A stretch of 64,000 bases of DNA. It comes from Halieaceae bacterium MED-G27. Lineage in GTDB: Bacteria > Pseudomonadota > Gammaproteobacteria > Pseudomonadales > Halieaceae. Positions 61,459 through 64,000 of the stretch are shown piece after piece (the first letter of the stretch is position 1; each line of letters begins with the position of its first letter). The stretch is taken from contig NTKA01000005.1 of assembly GCA_002456975.1 (NCBI GenBank), positions 7,062-71,061 of the forward strand. Direction: 5' to 3'. Both the position numbers and the translations under genes were made by a program. The notes beneath the pieces are model-generated. The model made no database searches. It saw only the letters and a program-made list of their open reading frames with translations, and was not told where the DNA came from.

Positions 61459-62933
61459 GATGCGAACTCCGCAATGCGGCTGACCTGTCTGTGCCAATCG
61501 GTTTGCAGTTGGAATTGATGACCCACACGCAGAACGGTGGCTTCATCGAAAGATCTGCCAATCAATTGCATCCCCACCGGAAGTCCTTCGACTATTCCAG
61601 CGGGTATCGACATAGCGGGCAAGCCTGCGAGGTTACACCCGACTGTGAATACGTCCTCCATATACATGTCGGTGATGCTTTTACTCGCATCATTAAGCGG
61701 GAAGGCTGTATTGGGTGCAGATGGCCCAGCGATGACATCGACATTGGCCAATACCTCATCGTACTCGTTAGCAATCATTCGCCGCACTTGCTGTGCTTTC
61801 ATGAAGTACTGATCGTAGGATGCTGCCGATAGCGTGAACGTTCCCACTAAAATTCGGCGTTTTACTTCCTCGCCAAAACCTTCAGTCCGAGATCTTACGT
61901 AGAGATCCTCTAGGTTTTGTGGAGCCTCACAGCGATAGCCAAACCGGACTCCATCATACCGAGCCAAATTCGCCGAAGCCTCGGCTGGTGCGATTACGTA
62001 ATAGGTCGAAACGCCCAGGGGCGTCGATGGCAACTTAACGTCGACAAGAGTCGCCCCCATTGCTTCTAGTTGGCGCAGTGCAGTGTGGATCGCATCGGCG
62101 ACGGCAGGCGACAGTTGTTTATCAAAAAACTCTTGCGGGACACCGATTCTCAGACCGGCTACTGGTCGTTCTATTTCAGTCGCGTAGTCGGGGACCGCGA
62201 GTTTCGCTGAGGTCGAGTCCAGGGGATCATGCCCAGCCATCGCCGATAGCAGCTGGGCACAGTCCGCGGCCGATTTCGCCATGGGCCCCGCCTGATCCAT
62301 GGATGACGCAAAGGCGATCATGCCGTAGCGGGAGACCCTGCCATAACTAGGCTTCAACCCTGTTATGCCGCACAAAGCAGCGGGTTGTCGGATCGATCCG
62401 CCGGTGTCGGTACCCGTTGCACAGGGGGCGAGACCTGCGGCAACCGCCGATGCAGACCCCCCGGAGCTACCACCGGGTACACGGCTTAAGTCCCATGGGT
62501 TTTTTACGGCGCCAAAGTGACTAGTTTCATTAGACGAGCCCATGGCAAATTCGTCCATGTTCGTCTTGCCCAAGGTGATAGCGCCTGATTTCGCGAGCGC
62601 GCTGACCACAGTCGCATCATAAGGCGATACAAAGTCAGCGAGCATTTTTGATGCGCATGTTGTTTTTACACCCTCAGTGCAGAAAATATCCTTGTGTAAT
62701 ATCGGGATACCTAGCAGCGCGGAGTCGTCACCATGGGCTATTCGCTGGTCGGCCTGTTTAGCTTGCTTCAGCGCTAAGTCCATTGTTGGTGTAATGACTG
62801 AATTAAGCTGCGGGTCGAGTAGTTTGATGCGATCGACAAAAAATTGGGTGAGCTCAACCGAGGAAATTTGCTTGTTTTCGAGGCTTTCTCGCAGTTCGTG
62901 TAGCGAGCAGGCTCTTAGATCGATGTCACTCAT
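61455..62933 (-). CDS. gatA: Asp/Glu-tRNA amidotransferase subunit A
   Basis: [27 protein letters not shown]. Confidence 0.97.
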   Translation of the reverse strand: MSDIDLRACSLHELRESLENKQISSVELTQFFVDRIKLLDPQLNSVITPTMDLALKQAKQADQRIAHGDDSALLGIPILHKDIFCTEGVKTTCASKMLADFVSPYDATVVSALAKSGAITLGKTNMDEFAMGSSNETSHFGAVKNPWDLSRVPGGSSGGSASAVAAGLAPCATGTDTGGSIRQPAALCGITGLKPSYGRVSRYGMIAFASSMDQAGPMAKSAADCAQLLSAMAGHDPLDSTSAKLAVPDYATEIERPVAGLRIGVPQEFFDKQLSPAVADAIHTALRQLEAMGATLVDVKLPSTPLGVSTYYVIAPAEASANLARYDGVRFGYRCEAPQNLEDLYVRSRTEGFGEEVKRRILVGTFTLSAASYDQYFMKAQQVRRMIANEYDEVLANVDVIAGPSAPNTAFPLNDASKSITDMYMEDVFTVGCNLAGLPAMSIPAGIVEGLPVGMQLIGRSFDEATVLRVGHQFQLQTDWHRQVSRIAEFAS

Positions 62934-63217
62934 TAATCGATCACTCTCGGAACGGTGAAATAGTTCTCCTCTTGGGCGGGTGCGTTTTGCATAAGCTCTG
63001 CGCGTTCCACCAGTGTCTCGTCGGTGTCTACTCGAAGCACCTGATGGCGGTCTCCCGGGCTGACTAGAGGCTCTATTCCATTGGTATCCACTCGAGTGAG
63101 CTCCTCGAACAGTTTGAGTGTGGATTCAAAATTTTCTTTGACCTGCGAAAAGCTCTGATCCGAGATTGCCAGTTTTGCTAGCGCTGCAATCGGAGTTACA
63201 TCGGTGGAGGCTGCCAC
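62933..63217 (-). CDS. gatC: Asp/Glu-tRNA amidotransferase subunit C
   Basis: [28 protein letters not shown]. Confidence 0.92.
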   Translation of the reverse strand: MAASTDVTPIAALAKLAISDQSFSQVKENFESTLKLFEELTRVDTNGIEPLVSPGDRHQVLRVDTDETLVERAELMQNAPAQEENYFTVPRVID

Positions 63218-63267
63218 GGGGATGGTCCTTTAAAACATTGAGCCGCGCAAACTAACACACTTCGTGC

Positions 63268-63296
63268 TTGCTCAAAAATCGCGTCATTGTTACATT
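63268..63296 (+). promoter_or_regulatory. Probable sigma70 promoter of mreB
   Basis: TTGCTC-17 bp-TACATT with a TGn extension. Confidence 0.5.
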
Positions 63297-63380
63297 TCCG
63301 AGCGTTGTCCAAATCATCTCGCGTTATCTGAGACCAGTCTGATGCGAGCCTGAGTGAGACAGGTCAATCATCACTCATAA

Positions 63381-64000
<620 letters not shown>

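Overview
Chromosomal window of a gammaproteobacterium. Pseudomonas-like gene order, gatCAB, a probable Na+-pyrophosphatase and roughly 50-55% GC suggest a marine Cellvibrionales/OM60-type organism (inference only). Housekeeping blocks: holA-lptE-leuS-lnt-corC-ybeY-phoH, miaB, cmoAB, aspC, uup, ctaA, hppA, ychF-pth-rplY-prs-tRNA(Gln)-ispE-lolB-TPR, hemA-prfA-prmC-moeB, rhlB, cysZ, smr, gatCAB, mreB and tRNA-Met. Accessory genes are slotted between them. No integrase, transposase, prophage, rRNA or CRISPR array was seen. Three things stand out. (1) The imuA-imuB-dnaE2 mutagenesis cassette is split into three units, each with its own LexA box, two of them inside long palindromes. (2) An S9 peptidase gene sits between miaB and phoH, flanked by a reciprocally decayed direct repeat: a dead miaB 3' end on one side (about 76% identity by hand alignment, carrying the phoH promoter) and a probable dead phoH 5' end on the other. 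Weaker hints of the same scar occur at other inserted genes. (3) An H-NOX (NO sensor) locus has an ATT start codon on hnoX, a hybrid kinase with a fused Hpt domain, a LuxO-like regulator lacking the GAFTGA loop, and an unannotated HD-GYP remnant in front. All alignments were done by eye.
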